DNA of 64,000 nucleotides from Ignavibacteria bacterium. GTDB lineage: Bacteria; Bacteroidota; Ignavibacteria; SZUA-365. The position numbers and the translations under genes are program-made. How positions within the stretch are numbered: the first letter of the stretch is position 1; each line of letters opens with the position of its first letter. Below are positions 1-8,601 of this stretch, piece by piece. The notes under the pieces were generated by a model. That model was not told where the DNA came from and made no database searches. It saw nothing but the letters and a program-made list of their open reading frames with translations. Location: assembly GCA_002869275.1 (NCBI GenBank), contig PKTF01000064.1:1017-65016 (forward strand). The letters run 5' to 3'.

Positions 1-2
1 CG

Positions 3-1970
3 TTGATTTACTATGCCAGGGACAGCTGGTACATCCGGACGACGGACTACGCCGCTCGAATGATCGAACTCAACAGGGAGATCAACTGGTGTCCGCCGGA
101 AGTCGGTGCCGGCCGTTTTGGAAACTGGCTCGAAGACAACAAGGACTGGTCTCTCTCCCGCGACCGCTACTGGGGAACCCCGTTGCCGATCTGGATCGCC
201 GAAGACGGTTCGGACATGTTTATCGTGGGCTCGGTCGAAGAACTCCTGCAGGGCTTCATCATCAAGGACGGCGAACGTATCAGTCCTTCTCGCGAAGAAC
301 TCGATCTCCACAAACCGTGGGTTGACAACATTCTCTTCGAACGTGACGGTAAGATCTACCGCCGTACGCCCGAACTGATCGACGTGTGGTTTGACAGCGG
401 GGCCATGCCCTTTGCCCAGTATCACTATCCCTTCGAGAACAAGGAACTCTTCGAAAACAGTTTCCCAGCGGATTTTATCTGTGAAGGAATCGATCAGACA
501 CGCGGATGGTTCTATACGCTGCATGCGATAGCCACGGCCTTGTTCGACAAGCCCGCGTTCAAGAACCTTATCGTCAACGAGATGGTACTGGACAAGAACG
601 GGCAGAAGATGTCGAAGTCCCGCGGCAATGTCGTCGATCCGTTCCAGGTACTTACCGATTACGGAGCCGATGCGACACGCTGGTATCTGACGGTCGGCAG
701 TCCGCCCTGGCGCCAGACGATGTTCAACGAGAAGGATATTGAGGGTGTTCAGAAGAATTTCTTCCGCGCGTTGATCAATACATACCAGTTTTTCGTGTTG
801 TATGCGAACATCGACGGATTCACCGGTGGGGAGGACTCCGTTCCCCTCGAACGTCTACCCGAAATCGACCAATGGATCATTACCGAGCTGCATACGCTGG
901 TCGACGCGTTCCGGCGCAGCATGGATTCGTACGACGTGACTCCCGCGGCGCGAGCGATCACCGAGTTTACGGTGGATCAGCTTTCGAACTGGTACGTGCG
1001 GAGAAATCGCCGTCGTTTCTGGAAAGGCGAGATGTCTGAGGATAAACTTTCCGCGTATCAGACGCTGCATCAGTGTCTCCTCACACTCGCACAACTCATG
1101 TCGCCCATTGCTCCGTATATGGCGGAGAACCTGTATCAGCGCCTGACGGAGAACATGGAGGCTGCCGAGTCGGTACACCTCGCCATCCTGCCCGAGGCAG
1201 GGGAAATCGACCGCGCACTGATGGGGAAGATGCATGATGCGCAGCGCGTGGTGTATCTCACCCGGAGTCTGCGCGAGCAGACACGGCAGAAGACCCGTCA
1301 GCCCCTGGCGCGCATTTTGCTTGCGACCACCGGCGAGCATGTTGTAGGTCACGTTCAGGCGATGCGAGAGGTCATTCTTGAAGAGACAAACATCAAGGAT
1401 ATTGAATTTATTGCCAATGATTCAGATCTACTGAAGAAACGGGCAAAAGCGAATTTCAAGGCCCTGGGACCAAAATTCGGCAAACTCGTCAAGAAGATCG
1501 CTGCACGTATCGTGGCATTCAGTATCGACGAGATCAACGCACTTGAGCGTGAAGGGTCAATCACGATCGAGATTGAGGGTGAGGCTGTGACGCTCGGAGC
1601 GGATGACGTCGCCATTCAGCATGAGGACATCGAAGGATGGACGATCGGTGCGGACGGCAACATCGTCGTTGCTCTGGACACCACGCTCAACGACGAACTT
1701 GTCGATGAAGGCATCGCACGCGAATTCGTGAGCAAGATACAGGCTATGCGTAAGGAAAGCGGGCTTGAAGTCACTGATCGGATCGCCATTAAGTTTTCTA
1801 CTGAGGACGATCGACTGGAGCAGGCAATTAATCGGAGGGAATCGTATATTTGCGCTGAAACGCTTGCCGTGCAAATCGAAAAAATTTCCGATGTGACGGA
1901 GAGTGCCGTCACGATCAGCGTTAACGATTTGAGCTGCAGCGTCGTGATCTCGGGCATCGCAGCAGGTTAA
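3..1970 (+). CDS. ileS: isoleucyl-tRNA synthetase, C-terminal ~655 aa (5' end outside window)
   Basis: KMSKS signature (KMSKSRGN), class I aaRS catalytic and anticodon-binding regions; C-terminus lacks the CxxC Zn-finger pairs, consistent with type-2 (eukaryote-like) IleRS. Confidence 0.9.
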   Translation: MIYYARDSWYIRTTDYAARMIELNREINWCPPEVGAGRFGNWLEDNKDWSLSRDRYWGTPLPIWIAEDGSDMFIVGSVEELLQGFIIKDGERISPSREELDLHKPWVDNILFERDGKIYRRTPELIDVWFDSGAMPFAQYHYPFENKELFENSFPADFICEGIDQTRGWFYTLHAIATALFDKPAFKNLIVNEMVLDKNGQKMSKSRGNVVDPFQVLTDYGADATRWYLTVGSPPWRQTMFNEKDIEGVQKNFFRALINTYQFFVLYANIDGFTGGEDSVPLERLPEIDQWIITELHTLVDAFRRSMDSYDVTPAARAITEFTVDQLSNWYVRRNRRRFWKGEMSEDKLSAYQTLHQCLLTLAQLMSPIAPYMAENLYQRLTENMEAAESVHLAILPEAGEIDRALMGKMHDAQRVVYLTRSLREQTRQKTRQPLARILLATTGEHVVGHVQAMREVILEETNIKDIEFIANDSDLLKKRAKANFKALGPKFGKLVKKIAARIVAFSIDEINALEREGSITIEIEGEAVTLGADDVAIQHEDIEGWTIGADGNIVVALDTTLNDELVDEGIAREFVSKIQAMRKESGLEVTDRIAIKFSTEDDRLEQAINRRESYICAETLAVQIEKISDVTESAVTISVNDLSCSVVISGIAAG

Positions 1971-2012
1971 TCAGCGATGTGAGTATTTTGCCATATCACT
2001 GGAGTAAACATC

Positions 2013-3356
2013 ATGGCAACGAAAACAACAAAGAAGAAGGGCACGGGCGCCGGATCGGCGACTAAAGCCTCTACATCAAAGAAGAAGAACACTACCAGGA
2101 AATCGGCAGAGCCTGCAAAGACTGCGTCTGCGGCCAAGAGCAAGGCCGCGGCGACCCGTAAAAAATCTGCTGCGGAGAAAAGCACGACGAGAAAGTCAGC
2201 GACCGCGTCAACAAAAAAAGCAGCCGGTGCTCGAAAAAGCACGGCAGGAACAAAAGGAAGTACCGTGAAGAAAACATCCGCCACGAAGAAGGCGAGTGGG
2301 GCCAAGAAACCGACCGCAACGAAGAAAGCGCCCGCAACGAAGAAAGCTGCTGTGGCGAAGAAATCCGCTGCATCAAAATCCTCCGCAAAATCCACGGTCA
2401 AGAAGTCTTCCGCAAAGACGACCGCGAAGAAGGCAGCATCGGCGAAGAAAACCACCGCCGCGAAAAAGGCAGCACCGACGAAGAAAACCACCGCCGCGAA
2501 GAAAGCTGCTCCGGCGAAGAAGGCCGCTCCGGCAAAGAAAACCACCGCCTCGAAGAAAGCTGCTCCGGCGAAGAAGACTACTCCGGCGAAGAAGGCCGCA
2601 CCGGTGAAGAAAACCGCCGTCGCGAAGAAAGCTGCGCCCGCAAAGAAGGCCGCATCGGCGAAGAAAACTGCTGTGAAGAAGGCCGCTCCCGCGAAGAAGA
2701 CTGCTGCAAAGAAAGCGACGCCGGCGAAAAAGACTGCCGTGAAGAAGGCTGTTCCAGAAGTGAAGAATGAAGAAGTTACTCCAAAAGTAACGCGTAAGCG
2801 ACCGGCGAAAAAAACTGCGGAAAAAGCGGCTCCTGCTGCTATTGAGGAGAACAAGCCCAAGCGAAAGTACACCCGGCGCAGTAAAAAAGCTCCTGTTGCA
2901 GTGCCCAAGTACCAGGGGAAACAAGGTTCACTCCTTCGCAAGAAAGGCGAAATCGTGGCGCCCACTGCTCCTCGCGACCAGGTAAGCTACAAATCGGATG
3001 TGCTCGATTATTTCCGTGTTCTCATCCTTCAGAAAATTCATGACGCCAACGAGGAGCTGCTGAGCATCGAAGAGCGTTTGATGGACTCGTCCTCGGGCGA
3101 ATTCAGTGAAGATTCGACCTATTCTCTTCACATGGCTGATCAGGGTACCGACGCAATGGAGCGGGAGAAGGCGTACCTTTTCGCAGCACGCGAGCGCAAA
3201 TTCATTTCGCACCTCACAGACGCTCTTCAGCGAATCAAAAGCGGCAATTATGGCATCTGTATCGTCTGCGGAAACCTGATCGAGAAGGGACGTCTCGAGG
3301 CCGTGCCCCATGCCCGCATGTGTGTCAGTTGTAAACAGGAAACCAAGACGCGGTAG
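2013..3356 (+). CDS. histone H1-like Lys/Ala/Pro-rich repeat protein fused to C-terminal DksA/TraR C4-type zinc finger
   Basis: ATG at 2013 with GGAG upstream; ~270 aa of KKAAPAKKTT-type repeats, then a DksA-like coiled-coil region and CIVCGN...CVSCK four-Cys finger; sits in the conserved ileS-dksA-lspA position. Confidence 0.8.
   Translation: MATKTTKKKGTGAGSATKASTSKKKNTTRKSAEPAKTASAAKSKAAATRKKSAAEKSTTRKSATASTKKAAGARKSTAGTKGSTVKKTSATKKASGAKKPTATKKAPATKKAAVAKKSAASKSSAKSTVKKSSAKTTAKKAASAKKTTAAKKAAPTKKTTAAKKAAPAKKAAPAKKTTASKKAAPAKKTTPAKKAAPVKKTAVAKKAAPAKKAASAKKTAVKKAAPAKKTAAKKATPAKKTAVKKAVPEVKNEEVTPKVTRKRPAKKTAEKAAPAAIEENKPKRKYTRRSKKAPVAVPKYQGKQGSLLRKKGEIVAPTAPRDQVSYKSDVLDYFRVLILQKIHDANEELLSIEERLMDSSSGEFSEDSTYSLHMADQGTDAMEREKAYLFAARERKFISHLTDALQRIKSGNYGICIVCGNLIEKGRLEAVPHARMCVSCKQETKTR
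2100..2760. repeat. in-frame tandem coding repeats (approx 33-nt units, gcgaagaaaaccaccgccgcgaagaaagctgct-like) encoding the K/A/P-rich tail
   Basis: near-identical repeated nucleotide blocks visible 2440-2720; this explains the long antisense low-complexity ORFs (FFAG/RRR-type). Confidence 0.7.
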
Positions 3357-3374
3357 AGTAGAGTCCAGACACCC

Positions 3375-4043
3375 ATGCGCATTCTGTATGTTACCTTAGC
3401 AGTACTGATCGCGGATCAGCTGACCAAGCTGTCCGTGAAAGGCATCACCATACCCGGACTCGGCATATCTGTCGATGGGCTGAACTATGGCGAATCGATC
3501 GCGCTTATTGGCGATTGGCTGAAACTTACCTATATCGAAAATCCCAACATGGCGTTCGGACTGGCGATTGCCGGGAAGCTGTTTCTCGTCATTTTTTCCT
3601 TCATCGCATCGATCGGCATCGTCGTGTATCTCTACCGTCACCGCTCCGAGGGATTGCTTTTCCGTCTCGCACTGGCGCTGATCCTCGCCGGGGCTGTGGG
3701 CAACCTGATCGACCGCAGCTTCTACGGCCTGATTCACGATACGGCTCCGCTGTTTTACGGCAACGTGGTCGATTTTATCGATGTCGATCTGTTTACCATC
3801 AGCCTGGGTGGCAGTTCATTCAAATTCTGGCCGATTTTCAACATCGCCGACGCCGCGGTATCGGTAGGAGTTGTTACCCTGTTGATCGTCGGCATGCCGC
3901 GACCCGCACAACCTTCTTCTTCTGATGCTTCGGCTGCAGGGGAAGAGGCCTCCTCTCCTGATGCAACAGTGGCGCACCCTGCCGAGGATGCTGAAGATAC
4001 GAAAACGCGCCGCTCAGATACCCTCCCACCTCAAAATGACTGA
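3375..4043 (+). CDS. lspA: lipoprotein signal peptidase II with acidic Ser/Pro-rich C-terminal tail
   Basis: conserved LspA motifs (NxGxAFG-like NPNMAFG, FNIADAAVSVG); ileS-lspA synteny; 222 aa is ~50 aa longer than typical. Confidence 0.85.
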   Translation: MRILYVTLAVLIADQLTKLSVKGITIPGLGISVDGLNYGESIALIGDWLKLTYIENPNMAFGLAIAGKLFLVIFSFIASIGIVVYLYRHRSEGLLFRLALALILAGAVGNLIDRSFYGLIHDTAPLFYGNVVDFIDVDLFTISLGGSSFKFWPIFNIADAAVSVGVVTLLIVGMPRPAQPSSSDASAAGEEASSPDATVAHPAEDAEDTKTRRSDTLPPQND

Positions 4044-5076
4044 GTTCGCGGAAGATCCACCTGTATCGCCTGATGATCTTCCGGATGACGATTCCACATC
4101 GGATGTGACGATCTACGAATTACGCTCCGCGCCGGGGGCCGTGCGCGTGCGTCTTGACCAGTTCATCACCCGCAGTGTGGAAAACGCATCCCGCTCAAAG
4201 GTCAAGGCGCTGATCGACGCCGGGGGAGTGACGGTGAACGGGAACGTTGTGGAGAAAGCCGGACGCCTGGTTCTCCCCGGTGATCTCGTGATCTGTACCG
4301 TACCCAAGCCTCCGCCTCCCGAGGTCAAAGCCGAGCGCATTCCCCTTGACATCGTGCATGAGGATGATGACATCATCATCGTCAACAAACCTGCCGGCAT
4401 GGTGACGCACCCGGCATACGGGAATTACTGCGGCACTCTGGTCAATGCGTTGCTCTACCATACCGAAAACCTTTCACGCGAGCGTGGAGAGGACAGACCG
4501 GGAATTCTGCATCGACTGGACAAGGATACCTCCGGTCTGCTGGCCGTGGCGAAGAATGAGCGCGCGCATCAGTTCGTGGCCAGACAGTTTGCCGATCACA
4601 GCATCGTGCGTGAATATCAAGCTATAGTATGGGGTCGCTTTCGCCAGTCCACGGGCGCGGTTGACGCAGCGCTCGCACGCCACCCGAGTGACCGGAAGAA
4701 AATGGCCATTGTTGAGAGCGGAAAACGCGCGGTCACGCATTACGAAGTACTGCGTGAATACGATGATTTTTCTCATGTCCGTCTGCGGCTTGAAACCGGA
4801 CGTACGCATCAGATACGCGTTCACATGGCATCCATCCGACACACGATATTCGGTGATCCGACTTACGGGGGTCGACGCATTCACTATGGAAATGTGACTG
4901 GTCGCTACAAGGCTTTCATCAACGGGCTTCTGGAGCTGCTTCCACGCCAGGCGCTGCATGCGCGTACTATCGGATTTGTCCATCCGTCCACCCGGGAACA
5001 GGTGTTTTACTCATCCGAACTGCCTGCGGATATGAAGGAAGCCCTGGAACGGATCGAAAAGTACTATGCCGGGTAG
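4036..5076 (+). CDS. rluD: RluA-family 23S rRNA pseudouridine synthase (RluD-like) with N-terminal S4 domain
   Basis: HRLDKDTSGLL catalytic Asp motif and GRTHQIRVH motif; ATG at 4036 overlaps the lspA end by 8 nt; acidic N-terminal extension. Confidence 0.85.
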   Translation: MTEFAEDPPVSPDDLPDDDSTSDVTIYELRSAPGAVRVRLDQFITRSVENASRSKVKALIDAGGVTVNGNVVEKAGRLVLPGDLVICTVPKPPPPEVKAERIPLDIVHEDDDIIIVNKPAGMVTHPAYGNYCGTLVNALLYHTENLSRERGEDRPGILHRLDKDTSGLLAVAKNERAHQFVARQFADHSIVREYQAIVWGRFRQSTGAVDAALARHPSDRKKMAIVESGKRAVTHYEVLREYDDFSHVRLRLETGRTHQIRVHMASIRHTIFGDPTYGGRRIHYGNVTGRYKAFINGLLELLPRQALHARTIGFVHPSTREQVFYSSELPADMKEALERIEKYYAG

Positions 5077-5973
5077 TTATCTCCCCGTAAAGGCCGCGTT
5101 CAGCATCTTGTAGACAAGCTTCGCAGCGAGAAAGTCGGGCGCGGGGGCGCCGGGAACGGGAGCGAGCTCTACGACATCAAAGCCGACGATTCTCCGATGC
5201 TTCCCCAGCATCTTCATCAGTTGGATTGTCTCATCCCAGTACAGGCCGCCGGGTTCGGGTGTACCAGTCGAGGGCATGATGGACGGATCGAGTCCGTCAA
5301 CGTCAAAAGTGATGTATACATTCTCACCGCAGGCATCGAGGACGCGTTCCTTCCAGGATTGACCGTAGATACCCTGTCGGATCTCCCACCCGAAGAAGGT
5401 GTTGATACCGTCTTGCTGGATGCGTTCGAATTCCTCGCGGCATTGTGCGCGGATACCAACCTGGACAAGTCGATCAGCAGGGAGTTTCTCAAGCACACGG
5501 GCCATGACGCTCGCGTGGCTGTAGGGATTGCCTTCGTAGCTCTCGCGCAGGTCGGAGTGCGCATCGATTTGCAAGACGGTCATCTCCGGCCATTGCTCGA
5601 GGTGCGCAGAGATGGCAGCCGCTGCAACGGTATGTTCGCCTCCGAGCGTCACGACGAATTTACCGCGTTTCAGCAGTTCACGTGCCGGTGTCGTGATATG
5701 GTCAAGGGCGGCCGCATCGCTGAGCTGATCAAAGCGCAGCGCTTCAAGGGTCGTGATTCCGAGATCGAAGCATAATTCTCGCTGAAATTCTTCGTCCCAG
5801 AATTCCACGTAATGCGAGGCTTCGAGAATGGCAGCCGGTCCGCCTCCAGTGCCGCCGCCATAGGATACGCTGTGTTCATACGGGGCCTGGAGTATTGCGA
5901 TCGCCGCCGCATCCAGTGAGGCATGCTCGATGTCGAGACCGAGAAAATTACTCTGTGCATCCAGGTGTTTCAT
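5077..5973 (-). CDS. arginase/agmatinase-family ureohydrolase
   Basis: Mn-binding motifs GGEHT, DAHSDLR, FDVDGLDP; convergent with rluD with zero gap. Confidence 0.8.
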   Translation of the reverse strand: MKHLDAQSNFLGLDIEHASLDAAAIAILQAPYEHSVSYGGGTGGGPAAILEASHYVEFWDEEFQRELCFDLGITTLEALRFDQLSDAAALDHITTPARELLKRGKFVVTLGGEHTVAAAAISAHLEQWPEMTVLQIDAHSDLRESYEGNPYSHASVMARVLEKLPADRLVQVGIRAQCREEFERIQQDGINTFFGWEIRQGIYGQSWKERVLDACGENVYITFDVDGLDPSIMPSTGTPEPGGLYWDETIQLMKMLGKHRRIVGFDVVELAPVPGAPAPDFLAAKLVYKMLNAAFTGR

Positions 5974-5984
5974 GACCGCTCCAG

Positions 5985-7718
5985 CTATTGCGAAACGATG
6001 AGCAAGCGCGAATACCTCGTCTCCGGGGTTTCGAATACAAGAAGATACGTGCCGGCCTGAAGATCAGGCGCTTCGATGCGGAGGAGATTCTCACCGGCGG
6101 GCAGCCTGCCGTCGTGCAGCACAGAAAGCTGCCTGCCGAGGGCGTCGAAAATAAGCAACCGGGCGTCCGCCGTGCTCTCCAGCTGCACCGGTATCGAGAA
6201 TCCGCGTGTTCCGGAAGGCAGAGGGTGCGGATAGGGAGAGCCCAGAGTTTGACCGGGAAGCGGGGGATTGTCTGCCGCGAGTATCACCGGGTCCTGATAT
6301 GAGATTTTCACGGTCACCGTGCTGTCGGTCATATCGAGCACATCGATGTGGAGATTCGTCTCCACGGTATCAGATCCGAACATGAAATCCGGGGTGGGAT
6401 TCTTCCACACGGCGAAATTCGACCTGCTCATATTGAACGCAACATCGGGTGTGCCTTGCCAGCCCTCCGCCCAGTAGTTTTTACCGTTTATCGGGATGCG
6501 CTGAAGCCGGTTGTAACCCTTCAGTGGCGATGGACGGACGGGATGAATTTTGTTCGTCAGTGTATCCAGTTCCCAGTCGTATGCTCCTTCCGCGCTGATG
6601 ACCAGCACTTTCTTCTGGTTTTTACTCCAGCTGTCATAGATACGGTAGATGTAGAGACCTTCGGAAGGAGCGGTATCCCAGTGGTCGACTTTTGCGCGGA
6701 ACTCCAGGGCGTAGTACGATCGCAGAAGATCAGGAACGGTGATCAGCACGGCATCGTTGTGCGTGACGTAGTCGCGCAGGGTAACGATCGTGTCGCGTTC
6801 GGGTGTCAATTCGCGATAGGTCATATATCCGGCAAGGTGACGCTCAAAACTGTTCATTGCGTAGCCGGCGCTGGCGTTGGACATGAGTCCGAGTCCCCCG
6901 TAGAGTTCCGAAGGATGTCCCTCACCGAAAAACTTGTGGCCCAGCTCGTGAATACTGATTTTGAATGCGTACCATTCGTTCATGACAAGTTTGTATCCGG
7001 GACGGTACGCAAGGGTGAGTCCGGTTGAACCGGCGTCGTTCCATGCACCGGTACCTCCGTAGATGAATCGATCAAACCCTTCATCCACGAAATGATATCC
7101 GGCGAAGCCCAGATCCGAGATGCCTGACCATGGAAGGAAATCCACGTTCGAGGTGCTCCGGAACGCGAATATCATCAGATCCACTTTTCCATCGGGAGCT
7201 TCCTCCAGCGCATACGCATTTCCTTCAGAGTCCCATGTATCATAGAGTGAAAAATCGATCGTCACGTCGAGAGAATCGATGATCTCCTTGATTGCATATC
7301 CGAAATCCAGGCCCCATTCGCGATACCCGTTTTCGGTATTTTGTGTCACCATCAGATCAGGGTAGACATCGAGATTGAGCTCCAGCTCTCCATTCGACAT
7401 ATCGTCGAAATATTGCGAGAGCTGCTGGACGTACGAGTCCTTCCACGCGGGCAATTCACCGAGCGGCCATCCCGAATCCTGTACCTCGTCATTGCGAACC
7501 TGAACGAACACAACAAGGCCTCGGATGTGTCCTTTAAGCGGCAGGTACGCGCCGCCGTGTGCCTCGATCCGCGGAGAGGAAACGACAGTTTTTACGAGGC
7601 CTCTATCGGGTGCACCCGGTGTTTCGGGTATAACGGATTGCGCTGCGATCGGTTCATGCAGGCAAAAGACGAAGGATATGAGAAACAGAAGGAGGCTTCT
7701 ACGGAAATGCTGTGACAT
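5985..7718 (-). CDS. secreted zinc metalloprotease (HExxH, M6/InhA-like) with T9SS C-terminal sorting domain
   Basis: signal peptide from ATG at 7718 (MSQHFRRSLLLFLISFVFCLHEPIAAQ); HELGHKFFGEGH; C-terminal ~80 aa matches the Por-secretion-tail pattern (LLIFDALGRQL...AGTYLLVFET...LLIV). Confidence 0.7.
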   Translation of the reverse strand: MSQHFRRSLLLFLISFVFCLHEPIAAQSVIPETPGAPDRGLVKTVVSSPRIEAHGGAYLPLKGHIRGLVVFVQVRNDEVQDSGWPLGELPAWKDSYVQQLSQYFDDMSNGELELNLDVYPDLMVTQNTENGYREWGLDFGYAIKEIIDSLDVTIDFSLYDTWDSEGNAYALEEAPDGKVDLMIFAFRSTSNVDFLPWSGISDLGFAGYHFVDEGFDRFIYGGTGAWNDAGSTGLTLAYRPGYKLVMNEWYAFKISIHELGHKFFGEGHPSELYGGLGLMSNASAGYAMNSFERHLAGYMTYRELTPERDTIVTLRDYVTHNDAVLITVPDLLRSYYALEFRAKVDHWDTAPSEGLYIYRIYDSWSKNQKKVLVISAEGAYDWELDTLTNKIHPVRPSPLKGYNRLQRIPINGKNYWAEGWQGTPDVAFNMSRSNFAVWKNPTPDFMFGSDTVETNLHIDVLDMTDSTVTVKISYQDPVILAADNPPLPGQTLGSPYPHPLPSGTRGFSIPVQLESTADARLLIFDALGRQLSVLHDGRLPAGENLLRIEAPDLQAGTYLLVFETPETRYSRLLIVSQ

Positions 7719-7759
7719 AAGCGGGATGGAAGAAATTGATGTTGAGCGCAACGGGCGTT

Positions 7760-8482
7760 TTACCGAGATCCTGTGACGAGAATGGTGTGGCATTTCACAC
7801 TTACCAATGTAAAAAATCGGTCGATCACCCTCCAAGCTCTCCAGGGGAGAAATCGCAGCAGCGGGGATAGACGAAGATGATGAAAGGCCTTATTCTGGAA
7901 GGTAAAATAACTCGTTTCCTTGAAGTCCGATCGCCCGAAGATCTCCAGCAGCGCGTGTTCATCAAATGAATGCAGGTGCGCGTTGGCGGGTGTGGGTTGG
8001 TTGCAGTGGACGCAAAGATAATATCGCAGGACTTCTCTGTAGGGCGTCGTTGCGATGAAGCGTCCGCCGGAAGAAAGTACCATGGCTGCCTGCTGAACAG
8101 CAGCAGCGGGATCGTTAACGTGTTCGAGCACTTCAGATGCGATGACGCGGGAGAAGGCTTCCCTGCGAAAGGGAAGGTGCTGGGCATCAGCAACGACGGC
8201 ATGCACGCGCCGGCCGTGGATTTCTTTCAGCCGGAGCAAATTGGCTTTTCCCAGGTCTACGCAAACTGTGGCGACACGGTCTTCCGCTCCGCGTCGCTCG
8301 AGGATCCAACCGTTCCCGCTTCCCATATCCAGGACCGTATCGGATGAAGCTATCCGTGCACAATCCCACACCGCATCCTGTATACGTCGCGCGGAATCAT
8401 GATCAGCGGTGGAGTGTTGTTCGAAATAATCGAAGTGTTCCGCGTCGATACGGTAGTGGGCTGTGTGATTCGAAAGCTTCAT
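7760..8482 (-). CDS. class I SAM-dependent methyltransferase
   Basis: motif I VLDMGSGNGW; the ORF track starts at a GTG at 8542, and ATG at 8482 is preferred. Confidence 0.65.
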   Translation of the reverse strand: MKLSNHTAHYRIDAEHFDYFEQHSTADHDSARRIQDAVWDCARIASSDTVLDMGSGNGWILERRGAEDRVATVCVDLGKANLLRLKEIHGRRVHAVVADAQHLPFRREAFSRVIASEVLEHVNDPAAAVQQAAMVLSSGGRFIATTPYREVLRYYLCVHCNQPTPANAHLHSFDEHALLEIFGRSDFKETSYFTFQNKAFHHLRLSPLLRFLPWRAWRVIDRFFTLVSVKCHTILVTGSR

Positions 8483-8601
8483 AACGATCAATTTACCCTC
8501 GGGTCCAGGTCGAAGCAAATTGCCAATTGTAGCCCGGGACACCTATCTTTCTGCGGTGCGGTTTCACATCCGCAGCTTTGAGCTCTATCTTGACCATCAC
8601 G

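Noticed and set aside
2400-2750. Periodic ~33-nt direct repeats considered as a possible CRISPR array
   Set aside because: The repeats are contiguous with no unique spacers, are in-frame coding, and are K/A-codon rich. No cas genes or leader are present.
1967-2965. 332-aa minus-strand ORF (FFAG repeats), plus ORFs 2296-2607 (+, Arg-rich) and 2373-2924 (-), overlapping the H1-like gene
   Set aside because: These are frame-shifted or antisense readings of the same aag/gcc tandem repeat. They are pure low-complexity with no start context; the sense K/A/P frame continues into a bona fide DksA zinc finger.
5197-5775. 192-aa plus-strand ORF inside the ureohydrolase gene, and 20531-20947 (-) inside the dCMP deaminase gene
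   Set aside because: Antisense to genes with clear conserved catalytic motifs.
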